From assembly GCA_021801525.1 (NCBI GenBank), contig JAJYXW010000034.1:5052-69051 (forward strand): a DNA stretch of 64,000 nucleotides. Direction: 5' to 3'. This document shows, piece by piece, positions 1 to 8,661 of the stretch. Positions within the stretch are counted from its first letter, which is position 1; each line of letters begins with the position of its first letter. The stretch is from Actinomycetes bacterium (GTDB taxonomy: Bacteria > Actinomycetota > Acidimicrobiia > Acidimicrobiales > JAJYXR01). The notes below the pieces were generated by a model that was not told where the DNA came from, did not search any database, and saw nothing but the letters and a program-made list of their open reading frames with translations. A program made the position numbers and the translations under genes.

Positions 1-6
1 CCGCGT

Positions 7-414
7 TCAGGAGCTCTCCTCGTTCGAGGAGCCAAGACGCCTCAGGATCTCGTCGACCTTCGCTCCGCTCGCTACGGCCGGGTCGGGAGAGAAACCAAGC
101 TGGGGAGTGCGCTTCATCCTCACCTGGCGCCCGATCACCCTCTGGAGCCGGATCCTGTGCTCGTCCAGGGCCTCGGACAGCTCTCCGGGCAGCGAGGCGA
201 GGAAGACCGTCGCGTGCCTGAGGTCTGCCGAGGTATCCACGCCCGTCACGGTCGCAAGGCGAAGGCGCTCGTCCGCGTCCGCGAGCCGCTCGATCTCGTC
301 GGCGAGAACCTCGCGCAGAAGCTCGTTCACCCGCTCGCTCCGACGGTAGGGGGCCGGGCTGCGGCGCCGCTCAGGAACGCGCAACCTCGCGCTCTTCGAA
401 GGTCTCGATGACAT
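7..414 (-). CDS. rbfA: Ribosome-binding factor A
   Basis: 135-aa ORF. RSERVNELLREVLADEI...VTGVDTSADLRHATVF matches the RbfA core. Lies directly downstream of infB, as in the canonical nusA-infB-rbfA operon. Start (ATG 414 or TTG 384) overlaps the infB 3' end. Confidence 0.9.
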   Translation of the reverse strand: MSSRPSKSARLRVPERRRSPAPYRRSERVNELLREVLADEIERLADADERLRLATVTGVDTSADLRHATVFLASLPGELSEALDEHRIRLQRVIGRQVRMKRTPQLGFSPDPAVASGAKVDEILRRLGSSNEESS

Positions 415-3283
415 CGCCCTCTTTCAGATCCTGGAAGTCCGACAACCCGATCCCGCACTCGAATCCGGCCTGCACCTCGCGCACGTCGTCCTTGAACCGC
501 TTGAGCGAGGTGATCGTTCCCTTCCACAGCACCACTCCGTCGCGCAGGAACCTGACGCGCGACCCTCGGGTGACGACGCCGTCGCGCACCTGGCATCCCG
601 CAACCGCTCCGACCCTCGGCACCCGGAAGACCGCCCTCACCTCTGCCTCTCCAGTGACCACCTCTTCGAGCTCGGGTGCAAGGAGGCCCGTCATGGCGGA
701 CTCGATGTCCTCGATCAGCTTGTAGATGATCTCGTAGGCGCGCACCTCTACTGCTCGCTCCGCAGCAAGCTCGCGCGCTCTGCGATCGGGGCGCACGTTG
801 AACCCGATGATCGTGGCATTGGACGCCGCTGCCAGCTGGACGTCGTTCTCGGTGATCCCTCCTACACCACGATGCACGAAGCTGAGCTTCACCGCCTCGC
901 GCTCGAGCTTTCGCAGGCTGTCGGTTATCGCCTCGAGCGAGCCCTGCACGTCCGTCTTCAGTACCAAGTTGAGCGTGGCGGTCTCGCCCCGCTGTATCTG
1001 CTCGAATATGTCCTCGAGGCGTGCCCCGGGAATGCTCGGGGAAGGAGCGTGACCTGCAACTCGGAAACGGCGCTCGCGAGCCTCGCCGATGGTCCTCGCC
1101 TTCGCGAGATCCGCTGTCACGCGTAGCTCGTCACCAGCCATCGGAGGCTCGGAGAACCCGAGCACCTGCACGGGCATCGAGGGCGGAGCCTCCTTTACCT
1201 GCTCCCCCCGGTCGTCGACCAGGGATTTCACCTTTCCCCACGCTGCCCCGGCAACAACCGTGTCGCCCACCCTGAGAGTCCCTCTCTGCACCACGACGGT
1301 GGCAACCGGGCCTCTGCCTATTTCGAGGTTCGCCTCGAGGACGAACCCGCGTGCTCGCCCCTCCGGGCTCGCGACCAGCTCCTCCACCTCCGCCACAAGG
1401 GCGATCTGTTCGAGCAGCTCAGGAACTCCCTCACCTGTCAGGGCCGATACCCGGCACACGATCGTGTCGCCGCCCCAAGCCTCGGGCACGAGGGAACGCT
1501 CCGCGAGCTGCTGCATGACACGATCCGGATCCGCATCAGGCCGGTCGCACTTGTTGATCGCCACCACAATCGGAACGCCGGCTGCCTTGGCGTGCGATAT
1601 CGCCTCCAGCGTCTGAGGCATGACGCCATCGTCGGCGGCCACCACTAAGACCACGACGTCGGTAACTTCCGCGCCACGCGCGCGCATCGCAGTGAACGCC
1701 TCGTGACCAGGCGTGTCGATGAACGTGACGGGCAGCCCGCCAGTCTCGACCTGGTACGCCCCGATGTGCTGGGTGATGCCGCCAGCCTCGCCGGCCGCGA
1801 CATTTGCAGATCGGATCCGGTCGAGCAGGAGGGTCTTTCCGTGGTCGACGTGGCCCATCACGGTCACGACCGGCGGGCGCGGCCGCAGGTCCCCCTCTTC
1901 CTCGGTGTCGTCCGCCAGGTCGAGGTAGCGAGCCTGGAGCTCGGCTTCCTCCTCCTCGCCGGGGTCGACCAGCCGGACGTTGGCACCCAGCTCAGCGGCG
2001 AACAGCTCGATCATCTCGTCGGAGAGCGACTGGGTCGCGGTGACCACCTCGCCCTGGAGGAACAAGAACCGGATGACGTCGCCTGCTGAACGGTTGAGCT
2101 TCGGGCCGAGCTCCCTGGGTGTGCAGCCGCGCTCGACTATGACCTCGTGCTCCGGCACCGGTGCGTTGGAAGGGGTGTAGGTCGTCAGCTGCGTGGGCTC
2201 GAGCTCGTCGAGGTTGCGCCGCCTGCGTCGCACCTTGCGCTGCGGAGCACGGCCCCGGCCTCCGGGCACCCCGCGCCCTGGCGGCGGACCGCCCGCGGGC
2301 GCCCTGCTCGAGAACCCTCCGGTTGCCACCCCTCCGCCACGACCACCGTACCCACCACCAGTTGCAGGCCTCGACGAACCTGACCCCGCTCGCGAACCTC
2401 CTGAGCGACCGCTAGACACGCCCGCCGAAGGTCCACCTGGTCCAGCTGGAGGACGACCTCCTTGTACTCGCCGGCCCGGCGGCGGCGGGATCGGCCGGCC
2501 GGAAAGCGAGCGCGGACCCGGCGGCGGCGGGATGGGGCGCCCCGACGGACTCAAGGGATGCCGCGTCTCCTCAGGGAGCGTGACAGCCCCAGTGGAAGCT
2601 GGTTCCACTTTCCCATCCTCGGGTGGAGCCTGGGCAGCGGGAGCCTGGGCAGACCTGCGTGCCGCAGGAGCAGCTGGTGCTCCGGCAGCAGGAGCCTGGG
2701 CAGCAGGAGCCTGGGCAGCAGGAGCCTGGGCAGCAGGAGCCTGGGCAGCAGGAGCCTGGGCAGACCTGCGTGCCGCAGGAGCAGCTGGTGCTCCGGCAGC
2801 AGGAGCGTCTCCACGAGCCGCAGGACGCGCAGGCGGGACAGGGGCGGCTTTCGGGGGAACCGCCGCCCGAGCCGGAGCGGGGGAGGTCGCCTGGACCTCA
2901 CGCTGGCGCGGAGGACCCGCAGCAGGCTGGCGCTCGCCCGCAGGCTTGCTTGTCACCAGGCGCGCCCGAGCCCGGGAGCCATCTTGCCCTTCGCCGACCA
3001 CCTCAGGTGAGGATGCCCCTTCGCTCCCGGCGCCATCACCGGGTGTTCCCTCGCCGGCACCCCGCCCGTGAGGAGCCGCCTCAGGTGGCGGCGGCTCGCT
3101 GGGAGGCTCCCTCTTTATCCCGTCACGCTCGGCCTTCCTCCGGGCGCGGTCCGCCTGGGCGTCCTCTATCGAGGAGGAGTGGCTCTTCGCGGCAATGCCG
3201 AGCGACCCACACAGATCGAGCGCTTCCTTGTTGGAAATGCCCAGCTCGCGAGCGAGCTCGTAGACGCGGATTTTCTTCGGCAC
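371..3283 (-). CDS. infB: Translation initiation factor IF-2
   Basis: 970-aa ORF. N-terminus [16 protein letters not shown]-domain motifs [26 protein letters not shown]. Long Pro/Ala/Gly-rich N-region carrying tandem repeats. Confidence 0.97.
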   Translation of the reverse strand: MPKKIRVYELARELGISNKEALDLCGSLGIAAKSHSSSIEDAQADRARRKAERDGIKREPPSEPPPPEAAPHGRGAGEGTPGDGAGSEGASSPEVVGEGQDGSRARARLVTSKPAGERQPAAGPPRQREVQATSPAPARAAVPPKAAPVPPARPAARGDAPAAGAPAAPAARRSAQAPAAQAPAAQAPAAQAPAAQAPAAGAPAAPAARRSAQAPAAQAPPEDGKVEPASTGAVTLPEETRHPLSPSGRPIPPPPGPRSLSGRPIPPPPGRRVQGGRPPAGPGGPSAGVSSGRSGGSRAGSGSSRPATGGGYGGRGGGVATGGFSSRAPAGGPPPGRGVPGGRGRAPQRKVRRRRRNLDELEPTQLTTYTPSNAPVPEHEVIVERGCTPRELGPKLNRSAGDVIRFLFLQGEVVTATQSLSDEMIELFAAELGANVRLVDPGEEEEAELQARYLDLADDTEEEGDLRPRPPVVTVMGHVDHGKTLLLDRIRSANVAAGEAGGITQHIGAYQVETGGLPVTFIDTPGHEAFTAMRARGAEVTDVVVLVVAADDGVMPQTLEAISHAKAAGVPIVVAINKCDRPDADPDRVMQQLAERSLVPEAWGGDTIVCRVSALTGEGVPELLEQIALVAEVEELVASPEGRARGFVLEANLEIGRGPVATVVVQRGTLRVGDTVVAGAAWGKVKSLVDDRGEQVKEAPPSMPVQVLGFSEPPMAGDELRVTADLAKARTIGEARERRFRVAGHAPSPSIPGARLEDIFEQIQRGETATLNLVLKTDVQGSLEAITDSLRKLEREAVKLSFVHRGVGGITENDVQLAAASNATIIGFNVRPDRRARELAAERAVEVRAYEIIYKLIEDIESAMTGLLAPELEEVVTGEAEVRAVFRVPRVGAVAGCQVRDGVVTRGSRVRFLRDGVVLWKGTITSLKRFKDDVREVQAGFECGIGLSDFQDLKEGDVIETFEEREVARS
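2475..2558. repeat. 42-bp x2 tandem repeat in infB
   Basis: cccggcggcggcgggat... recurs at 2475 and 2517. Encodes [10 protein letters not shown] twice. Confidence 0.85.
2625..2806. repeat. 15-bp tandem array plus duplicated 51-bp block in infB
   Basis: Unit ggagcctgggcagca occurs about 7 times. Block 2640-2690 is identical to 2751-2801. Encodes (QAPAA)n. Confidence 0.95.
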
Positions 3284-3304
3284 CTGGTCGTGGGGTCCTT
3301 TTTC

Positions 3305-3676
3305 CTAGCTATGTCCGTTGATGAGCCCGTCGCCGGATCGAGCGCCGGTATGGCCTGAACTACCATCCTCGCACACCTTGACACCCGGCCCCGGCGCGAT
3401 GCCCTCCGGTTTGGCAGTTGCCGTCGAAGCAACGCCAAGAAGGCGAGCCAGGTCGTCCAGTCCAGCCTCGCTCACCTCCACTCGCAGCGCCCTTGCGAAT
3501 GCCTTCCTCCGGCGAGCCTCCTCGAAGCAGGAGGTCGATCCCCTGCACAGCCACGCCCCCCTTCCGGCAGACGCCGGGCTCACCACCACAACGGCGTCCG
3601 GGCCCGCAACCAGCCTCACCAGCTCTGCCGGCGGAAGCCTGCGGCGACATCCGATGCAGCTTCGCCTGGCGTCTAT
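3305..3676 (-). CDS. ylxR: YlxR/DUF448-family RNA-binding protein (start codon unresolved)
   Basis: The canonical-start ORF is 3305..3619 (GTG) and contains the GRGAWLC motif. The family N-terminal motif (RRSCIGCRRRLPPAELVRLV) is encoded in-frame upstream at 3620..3667, and no ATG/GTG/TTG exists before the in-frame TGA at 3686-3688. Coordinates are extended to the ATA at 3676, which overlaps the nusA TAG. Position between nusA and infB is canonical. Confidence 0.7.
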   Translation of the reverse strand: MDARRSCIGCRRRLPPAELVRLVAGPDAVVVVSPASAGRGAWLCRGSTSCFEEARRRKAFARALRVEVSEAGLDDLARLLGVASTATAKPEGIAPGPGVKVCEDGSSGHTGARSGDGLINGHS

Positions 3677-4953
3677 GACGCTCCCTCACCCACTTGGGCC
3701 GGATCCGCCTCTCCGCCCTCGTCGGCCGGTCCCGATCCCGCCTCGGCATCCGGAGGCAGTGCCTCCACCTGCGCTGGTGCCTCTGACAGTGCTGGTGCCT
3801 CCACCTGGGCCGGTGCCTCTGCCTGGCCTTCCGGGGCGGCTTCCTCTGCTGCCGCGCGGGACCACTCCTCTGCCGACACCACCTCGCCTCCCTCGGCGGG
3901 CTGCCAGACCATCTGACCGGCCTCGTTGGTCACCCACCTGCCCTCTGCCCATTCGACACCTTCACGGGCCTCGTCCTCGGCGACCTGGCTCTCGCTCCTT
4001 ATGTCTATCAACCATCCCGTCAGCCTGTTCGCGAGCTTGACGTTCTGGCCCTCCTTCCCGATGGCGAGCGAGAGCTGGTAGTCCCCCACGACGACCGTCG
4101 CCCTCCCCGTCGCATCGTCGAGGCGCACCTCGCGAACCCTTGCGGGCTGCAAGGAAGCCTGTATCAGCTCCACTGGGTCCTCGGAGAAGGGCACGATGTC
4201 GACACGCTCGCCACGTAGCTCGTTGGTGACCATGCGCACGCGCGAACCTCGCGCTCCAACACACGCACCCACGGGGTCCACGTTCGGGTCGTTGGACCAC
4301 ACGGCAAGCTTGGTCCGGTGCCCCGGGTCGCGTGCTGCAGCCTTGATCTCCACCACGCCAGAGGAGATCTCCGGGACCTCGAGCTCGAAAAGCCGCTTCA
4401 CGAGGCCGGGGTGGCTCCGGCTGACCACGATCTGGGGGCCTTTGCTCGTCTTTCGCACCTCGACGATATAGGCCTTGAGGCGGGCGCCGTGCTCGTAGCG
4501 CTCGTAGGGCACCTGCTCGGCCTGGGGGAGCAGGGCCTCCACCTTGCCCAGGTCCAGTAGCGTGTAGCGGTTGTCGGTCTGCTGGACTATGCCCGTCACT
4601 ATGTCGCCTTCGCGCCCTGCGTACTCCTCGTACTTCATCTCCCGCTCGACCTCGCGGATCCGCTGCGTCATGACCTGCTTGGCTGCCTGCGCTGCGATCC
4701 GGCCGAAGTCCTTTGGCGTGTCGTCCCACTCCCGGACCACGTTCCCGTCCTCGTCGAGCTCCTGGCCGTAGACGCGGATCTCGCCTGACTCCGGGTCGAT
4801 GGTGACAACGGCTTCCTCGGCTGCGCCGGGACGCCGTTTGTATGCTGCAACCAACGCGTTTGCCAACGCGTCCAAAAGCGTCTCCACCGATATTCCCTTG
4901 TCGCGGGCGATCTGGCCGAGCGCATCCAGGAACTCGAAGTTCGTCGTGCTCAT
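3673..4953 (-). CDS. nusA: Transcription termination/antitermination factor NusA
   Basis: 426-aa ORF with S1 and KH regions (GDIVTGIVQQTD..., VGACVGARGSRVRMV, LAIGKEGQNVKLA). ATGA overlap with the rimP stop. Acidic Ala/Pro-rich C-terminal tail with a 36-bp repeat. Confidence 0.97.
   Translation of the reverse strand: MSTTNFEFLDALGQIARDKGISVETLLDALANALVAAYKRRPGAAEEAVVTIDPESGEIRVYGQELDEDGNVVREWDDTPKDFGRIAAQAAKQVMTQRIREVEREMKYEEYAGREGDIVTGIVQQTDNRYTLLDLGKVEALLPQAEQVPYERYEHGARLKAYIVEVRKTSKGPQIVVSRSHPGLVKRLFELEVPEISSGVVEIKAAARDPGHRTKLAVWSNDPNVDPVGACVGARGSRVRMVTNELRGERVDIVPFSEDPVELIQASLQPARVREVRLDDATGRATVVVGDYQLSLAIGKEGQNVKLANRLTGWLIDIRSESQVAEDEAREGVEWAEGRWVTNEAGQMVWQPAEGGEVVSAEEWSRAAAEEAAPEGQAEAPAQVEAPALSEAPAQVEALPPDAEAGSGPADEGGEADPAQVGEGAS
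3761..3832. repeat. 36-bp x2 tandem repeat in the nusA 3' end
   Basis: gcctccacctg... recurs at 3761 and 3797. Encodes EAPAQVEAP(A/L).. twice. Confidence 0.85.
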
Positions 4954-5474
4954 CGCAATCCTGTCTCAGCAGCAACATTCCCTGCGCCACTGCGCTGTCG
5001 CGGAGCGGGCCACTCGAACACCGTCCGAGCCCTGTCGAGCTCCTCGTAGGCAATCCGGTGCTCCGCCTCCATCGGGTCGTCGGTGTGCACGGTGATGCCT
5101 GTGTCATCAGCGGAGACGAGCACGCCACGCAGCCTGCGATCCCCCACTGCACCGGGCTTCGTACGCACCGAAACGAGTGATCCGACTGCCCGCATGAAAT
5201 GCTCCGGGCGCCTGAGCGGGCGTTCGAGACCCGGGCTCGTCACCTCGAGGGTGTAGCGCTGACCTGGAACTGGGTCGTGAGCATCCAGCAGCGCCGAGAC
5301 CATCCTGGTTGCTTCGCCCAGCGCGTCGAGGTCGATCCCGCCGCTGCGGTCGAGCACCACGCGAGCCACCCCGCCCATGAGCTCGACGTCCACTAGGTCG
5401 AGACCGAGCGCACCGACGGCGGGGCCGATCAGATCGAACAGCTCGCCTGTCACCTCGCCTGTCACCACGCCCAT
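4950..5474 (-). CDS. rimP: Ribosome maturation factor RimP
   Basis: The C-terminal 174 aa of the 269-aa ORF match RimP (LFDLIGPAVGALGLDLVDVEL..., YTLEVTSPGLERPLRRPEHF). ATG 5474 is preceded by GGAGGAGGTG. The upstream part of the ORF is Arg/Pro-rich over-extension. Confidence 0.85.
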   Translation of the reverse strand: MGVVTGEVTGELFDLIGPAVGALGLDLVDVELMGGVARVVLDRSGGIDLDALGEATRMVSALLDAHDPVPGQRYTLEVTSPGLERPLRRPEHFMRAVGSLVSVRTKPGAVGDRRLRGVLVSADDTGITVHTDDPMEAEHRIAYEELDRARTVFEWPAPRQRSGAGNVAAETGLR

Positions 5475-5573
5475 CACCTCCTCCAAACCTCTAGGCTCGA
5501 CACCTGCCGGCTCGTGCCCTCGTGACGGGCCACTTGCGACACAACACCACTCGACGTCGCTCGAAACCGGACG

Positions 5574-5609
5574 ATGAAAGAAGAAGCGTGGGCACTCCGC
5601 CCACGCTTC
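5574..5609 (-). terminator. Intrinsic terminator/attenuator hairpin in the rimP-nusA-infB leader
   Basis: Perfect 11-bp stem (5583-5593 pairs with 5599-5609) and a 5-nt loop. On the minus strand it is followed by TTCTTTCAT. Lies ~100 nt upstream of the rimP ATG and downstream of a TATAGT -10 candidate (5649-5644). Confidence 0.5.
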
Positions 5610-5694
5610 GACGCACCACAACACCCGTCCGAACGGCACCAAGACTATAGCAGGCCGACCCGCGCCCGCATGACCGTCGCGCGGCATTCCCGAC

Positions 5695-5747
5695 GCTCTG
5701 TGCGCCGGTGGGCGGTGCTCTGTGCGCCGGAGGGCGGTGCTCCGTGT
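5695..5747. repeat. 22-bp x2.4 tandem repeat, rimP/proS divergent intergenic region
   Basis: gctctgtgcgccgg(t/a)gggcggt at 5695 and 5717, with a partial third copy. Confidence 0.9.
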
Positions 5748-5790
5748 ATCAGGGGGCACCGAACAGCCGCGCGAGTATCATCACCGGATT

Positions 5791-7254
5791 ATGCCCACCG
5801 AGCATGCGCCCGAGCGTGTCATCGCCTCCCCGGACGAAGACTTTCCCCGTTGGTACCAAGACGTGGTCGCGAAAGCCGAGCTGGCCGAAGGAGGGCCCGT
5901 TCGCGGCACCATGGTGATCCGGCCCTACGGGTACGCCATCTGGGAACGCATGCAGGCCGACCTCGACCGGCGCATAAAGGAGGCTGGCGCATCCAACGCC
6001 TACTTCCCCCTCTTCATCCCCGAATCGTACCTACGCCGAGAGGCTGAGCACGTAGAGGGATTCAGCCCTGAGCTCGCCGTGGTCACTCACGGTGGCGGAA
6101 GGGAGCTGGAGGAGCCCGTCGTCGTCCGTCCCACCAGCGAGACGATCATCAACGCTTCGTTCGCCAAGTGGATCCATAGCCACCGCGACCTGCCTCTGTT
6201 GATCAACCAATGGGCCAACGTCGTGCGCTGGGAGCTGAGGCCGCGCCTGTTCCTGCGCACCAGCGAGTTCCTGTGGCAAGAGGGCCACACCGCTCACGCC
6301 ACCCGCGGGGAGGCAGGTGAATTCGCGCTGAAGATCCTGCGCGAGGTCTACGAGGACTTCATGGTGGATGTGCTCGCGATCCCGGTTCTCACCGGCCGCA
6401 AGACTGCCCGCGAGCGCTTCGCGGGCGCCACTACCACCTGGACCTGCGAAGCCATGATGCGCGACGGCAAGGCGCTGCAGATGGGCACGAGCCACGAGCT
6501 CGGCCAGAACTTCTCCCAGGCCTTCGACATCACGTTCCTGGACGACCAGGGCAGGCGGAACCACGTCTGGCAGACCTCCTGGGGGGTCTCGACCCGCCTC
6601 ATGGGAGCCCTGGTGATGGCCCATGGCGATGCCTCGGGACTCTGCCTTCCCCCGGCCATCGCTCCTGTCGAGGTTGTGGTGCTCGTGGTGCGCGCCGAGG
6701 GTGGCACAGTAGAGCGCGCAGAGTCCATCGTCGCGGAGCTGCGCTCCAAGGGACGTCGAGTCGAGCTCGATGCCCGCGCCGATACCTCTTTCGGACGACG
6801 GGTCGTGTCATGGGAGCTCAAGGGTGTGCCCCTCCGAGTCGAGCTGGGACCGCGAGATGTCGCCGGGGAAACGGCGGTGCTCGCCCGCCGCGACACCGGC
6901 ACCAAGTCCACCGTCCCCATGGGCGAGCTGGCAGGCCGGGTCTCCGAGGAGTTACGCGCCTCGCAGCAGGCCATGCTCGCCAACGCCGTTCTCCGCCGTG
7001 AGCGTGCCACCTCGGAGGCCTCGACGCTCGACCAGGCGATCGCCGCCGCGCAGAAGGGATTCGCAGTGCTGCCGGCGTCTCTGCTTGCCTCCGGAGGCGA
7101 GGAGAGGCTCAACTCCGCAGGTGTCTCCGTGCGCTGCCTGCGGCGCTCTGACGGGAGCCTCCCGGACGCCGAAGTGCCTGAGGGTGCCGACGACCTCGAG
7201 GGTGCCGGCGGTGCCGATGGAAAGCTGGTGGCTATAGCCGCCAAGGCGTACTGA
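5791..7254 (+). CDS. proS: Prolyl-tRNA synthetase, archaeal/Thermus-type (no INS editing domain)
   Basis: FPRWYQDVVAKAEL..., class II motifs, and the terminal Tyr (..AAKAY) typical of this ProRS type. ATG 5791 chosen because the upstream part of the ORF runs through a 22-bp noncoding repeat. Confidence 0.92.
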   Translation: MPTEHAPERVIASPDEDFPRWYQDVVAKAELAEGGPVRGTMVIRPYGYAIWERMQADLDRRIKEAGASNAYFPLFIPESYLRREAEHVEGFSPELAVVTHGGGRELEEPVVVRPTSETIINASFAKWIHSHRDLPLLINQWANVVRWELRPRLFLRTSEFLWQEGHTAHATRGEAGEFALKILREVYEDFMVDVLAIPVLTGRKTARERFAGATTTWTCEAMMRDGKALQMGTSHELGQNFSQAFDITFLDDQGRRNHVWQTSWGVSTRLMGALVMAHGDASGLCLPPAIAPVEVVVLVVRAEGGTVERAESIVAELRSKGRRVELDARADTSFGRRVVSWELKGVPLRVELGPRDVAGETAVLARRDTGTKSTVPMGELAGRVSEELRASQQAMLANAVLRRERATSEASTLDQAIAAAQKGFAVLPASLLASGGEERLNSAGVSVRCLRRSDGSLPDAEVPEGADDLEGAGGADGKLVAIAAKAY

Positions 7255-7274
7255 GCTACTGAGCTACTGAACCT
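7251..7274. repeat. 8-bp x3 repeat between convergent proS and ispG
   Basis: ctgagcta ctgagcta ctgaacct. The first copy contains the proS TGA. Confidence 0.8.
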
Positions 7275-7278
7275 CGGA

Positions 7279-8613
7279 TCACCCACCGCTCACGGTCTTG
7301 CGAATGAGCTCGACTCGCTGGCCAGCGTGGTTGGCGTCGGAGCCCTTCGCCTCCAACAGCTCCCTCCGATCCTCCTCGGCTGCGGCCTCGGCGCCTGCGT
7401 CCGCTGCAGCGAGGCGCGCCTCTACCCCCTCGGCCACCAGCCGTTCCGCCTCCTCCACGAGGGCCTCCACCATCTGGTCCTCGGGCACCACCCGGACGAT
7501 CTTTCCCCGGATGAAGAGATGGCCGCGCTTTCGCCCGGCTGCTATGCCCAAGTCCGCGTGACGCGCTTCGCCAGGACCGTTCACGACGCATCCCATGACT
7601 GCCACCTGCACCGGCAGGTTCCGTCCCTCGAGCGCCTCCTGGGCAGCTTTGGCTACCCCTATGACGTCGATCTCCGCCCGACCGCAGCTCGGGCACGCTA
7701 TGAGGTCCACGTCGCGCCTGTCGCGCAGCCCCATAGCCTCCAAGAGCTGGCGACCCGCACGCGCCTCCTCCACCGGGTCGGCAGTGAGCGAGTAGCGGAT
7801 CGTGTCCCCGATCCCCTCCGCCAGGAGGGTCGCTATGCCAGCGGTGCCTTTCAGCAGCCCCGCAGGCGGCGGACCGGCCTCGGTCACTCCGAGATGCAGG
7901 GGATGGTCGAAGGTGTCCGACGCCAAGCGGTATGCGGCGATCATGAGCGAGACGCTCGAGGCCTTGACCGAGATCTTGACGTCCTCGAAGCCCACTTCCT
8001 CGAAGTACGCGAGCTCGATCTTCGCGGACTCCACCAGAGCCTCAGGCGTGGCCCCTCCATAGCGCTCGTAGACCTCGGGATGGAGCGAGCCCGCGTTTAC
8101 CCCTATGCGGATCGGCACGCCACGGTCCCTCGCCTCGCTGGCCACCAGCTTTATCTCGGCCTCCTTCCGGAGGTTGCCGGGATTGAGCCTGAGACCCTGC
8201 ACGCCGGCCTCCAGAGCACCCAGAGCCATCTCGTGGTGGAAGTGGATGTCGGCGACGATCGGCACGGGCGAGCGCGGCACGATGTGGGCCAGGCCCTCCG
8301 CAGCCGCCTGTTCGTTGCAGGTACAGCGGACGATATCCGCCCCCGCGGCCGCGAGGTCGTAGATCTGCGCAAGGGTCGCCTCCACATCGGCCGTCTTGGT
8401 CGTCGTCATCGACTGCACGCTCACCGGAGCGCCTCCGCCGACCGCCACGCTTCCCACGTGTATCTGGCGCGTCGGTCGCCTGGGAGGGAGCCATTTGCCT
8501 TCCAGCGCCGCGGACGCTCCTGGCGAAGCCTCGCTCGATCCCTCGGGTTGTCCCACGCGCATACCTCCTTGCAGGGCCCGCGGATAGACCGCGCGGCCTC
8601 TGGCTCCCATCAT
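7279..8613 (-). CDS. ispG: 4-hydroxy-3-methylbut-2-enyl diphosphate synthase
   Basis: IHVGSVAVGGGAPVSVQSMTTT, CPSCGR and MGCVVNGPGE motifs. dxr-rip1-ispG synteny as in mycobacteria. The N-terminal start is uncertain (8613 or the Met at 8562). Confidence 0.94.
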   Translation of the reverse strand: MMGARGRAVYPRALQGGMRVGQPEGSSEASPGASAALEGKWLPPRRPTRQIHVGSVAVGGGAPVSVQSMTTTKTADVEATLAQIYDLAAAGADIVRCTCNEQAAAEGLAHIVPRSPVPIVADIHFHHEMALGALEAGVQGLRLNPGNLRKEAEIKLVASEARDRGVPIRIGVNAGSLHPEVYERYGGATPEALVESAKIELAYFEEVGFEDVKISVKASSVSLMIAAYRLASDTFDHPLHLGVTEAGPPPAGLLKGTAGIATLLAEGIGDTIRYSLTADPVEEARAGRQLLEAMGLRDRRDVDLIACPSCGRAEIDVIGVAKAAQEALEGRNLPVQVAVMGCVVNGPGEARHADLGIAAGRKRGHLFIRGKIVRVVPEDQMVEALVEEAERLVAEGVEARLAAADAGAEAAAEEDRRELLEAKGSDANHAGQRVELIRKTVSGG

Positions 8614-8661
8614 TGCGCGCCAGGAGCCCCATGGTGCGCCGGGGACCGGCAGGCCGCGGCG

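Noticed and set aside
2640-2801. The identical 51-bp blocks in infB as a DGR template/variable repeat pair.
   Set aside because: The blocks are identical rather than showing A-to-N differences. They are part of one tandem structure. No reverse transcriptase is nearby.
2193-3321. Long plus-strand ORFs (292, 182 and 232 aa) antisense to infB. Similar long alternate-frame or antisense ORFs occur throughout, for example 3962-5152, 6348-7286, 7327-8901, 18250-19278, 31867-33771, 39108-40214, 41354-42607, 43159-44235, 50912-52126 and 52884-54533.
   Set aside because: They are Arg/Pro/Gly/Ala-rich with no recognisable motifs, and they overlap genes with strong family signatures on the other frame or strand. 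Stop-poor alternate frames are expected in very GC-rich DNA.
5776-5791. TATCAT upstream of the proS ATG as a leaderless promoter.
   Set aside because: The spacing from the -10 end to the ATG is 9 nt, longer than the usual 6-8 nt, and there is no further support. Left unannotated.
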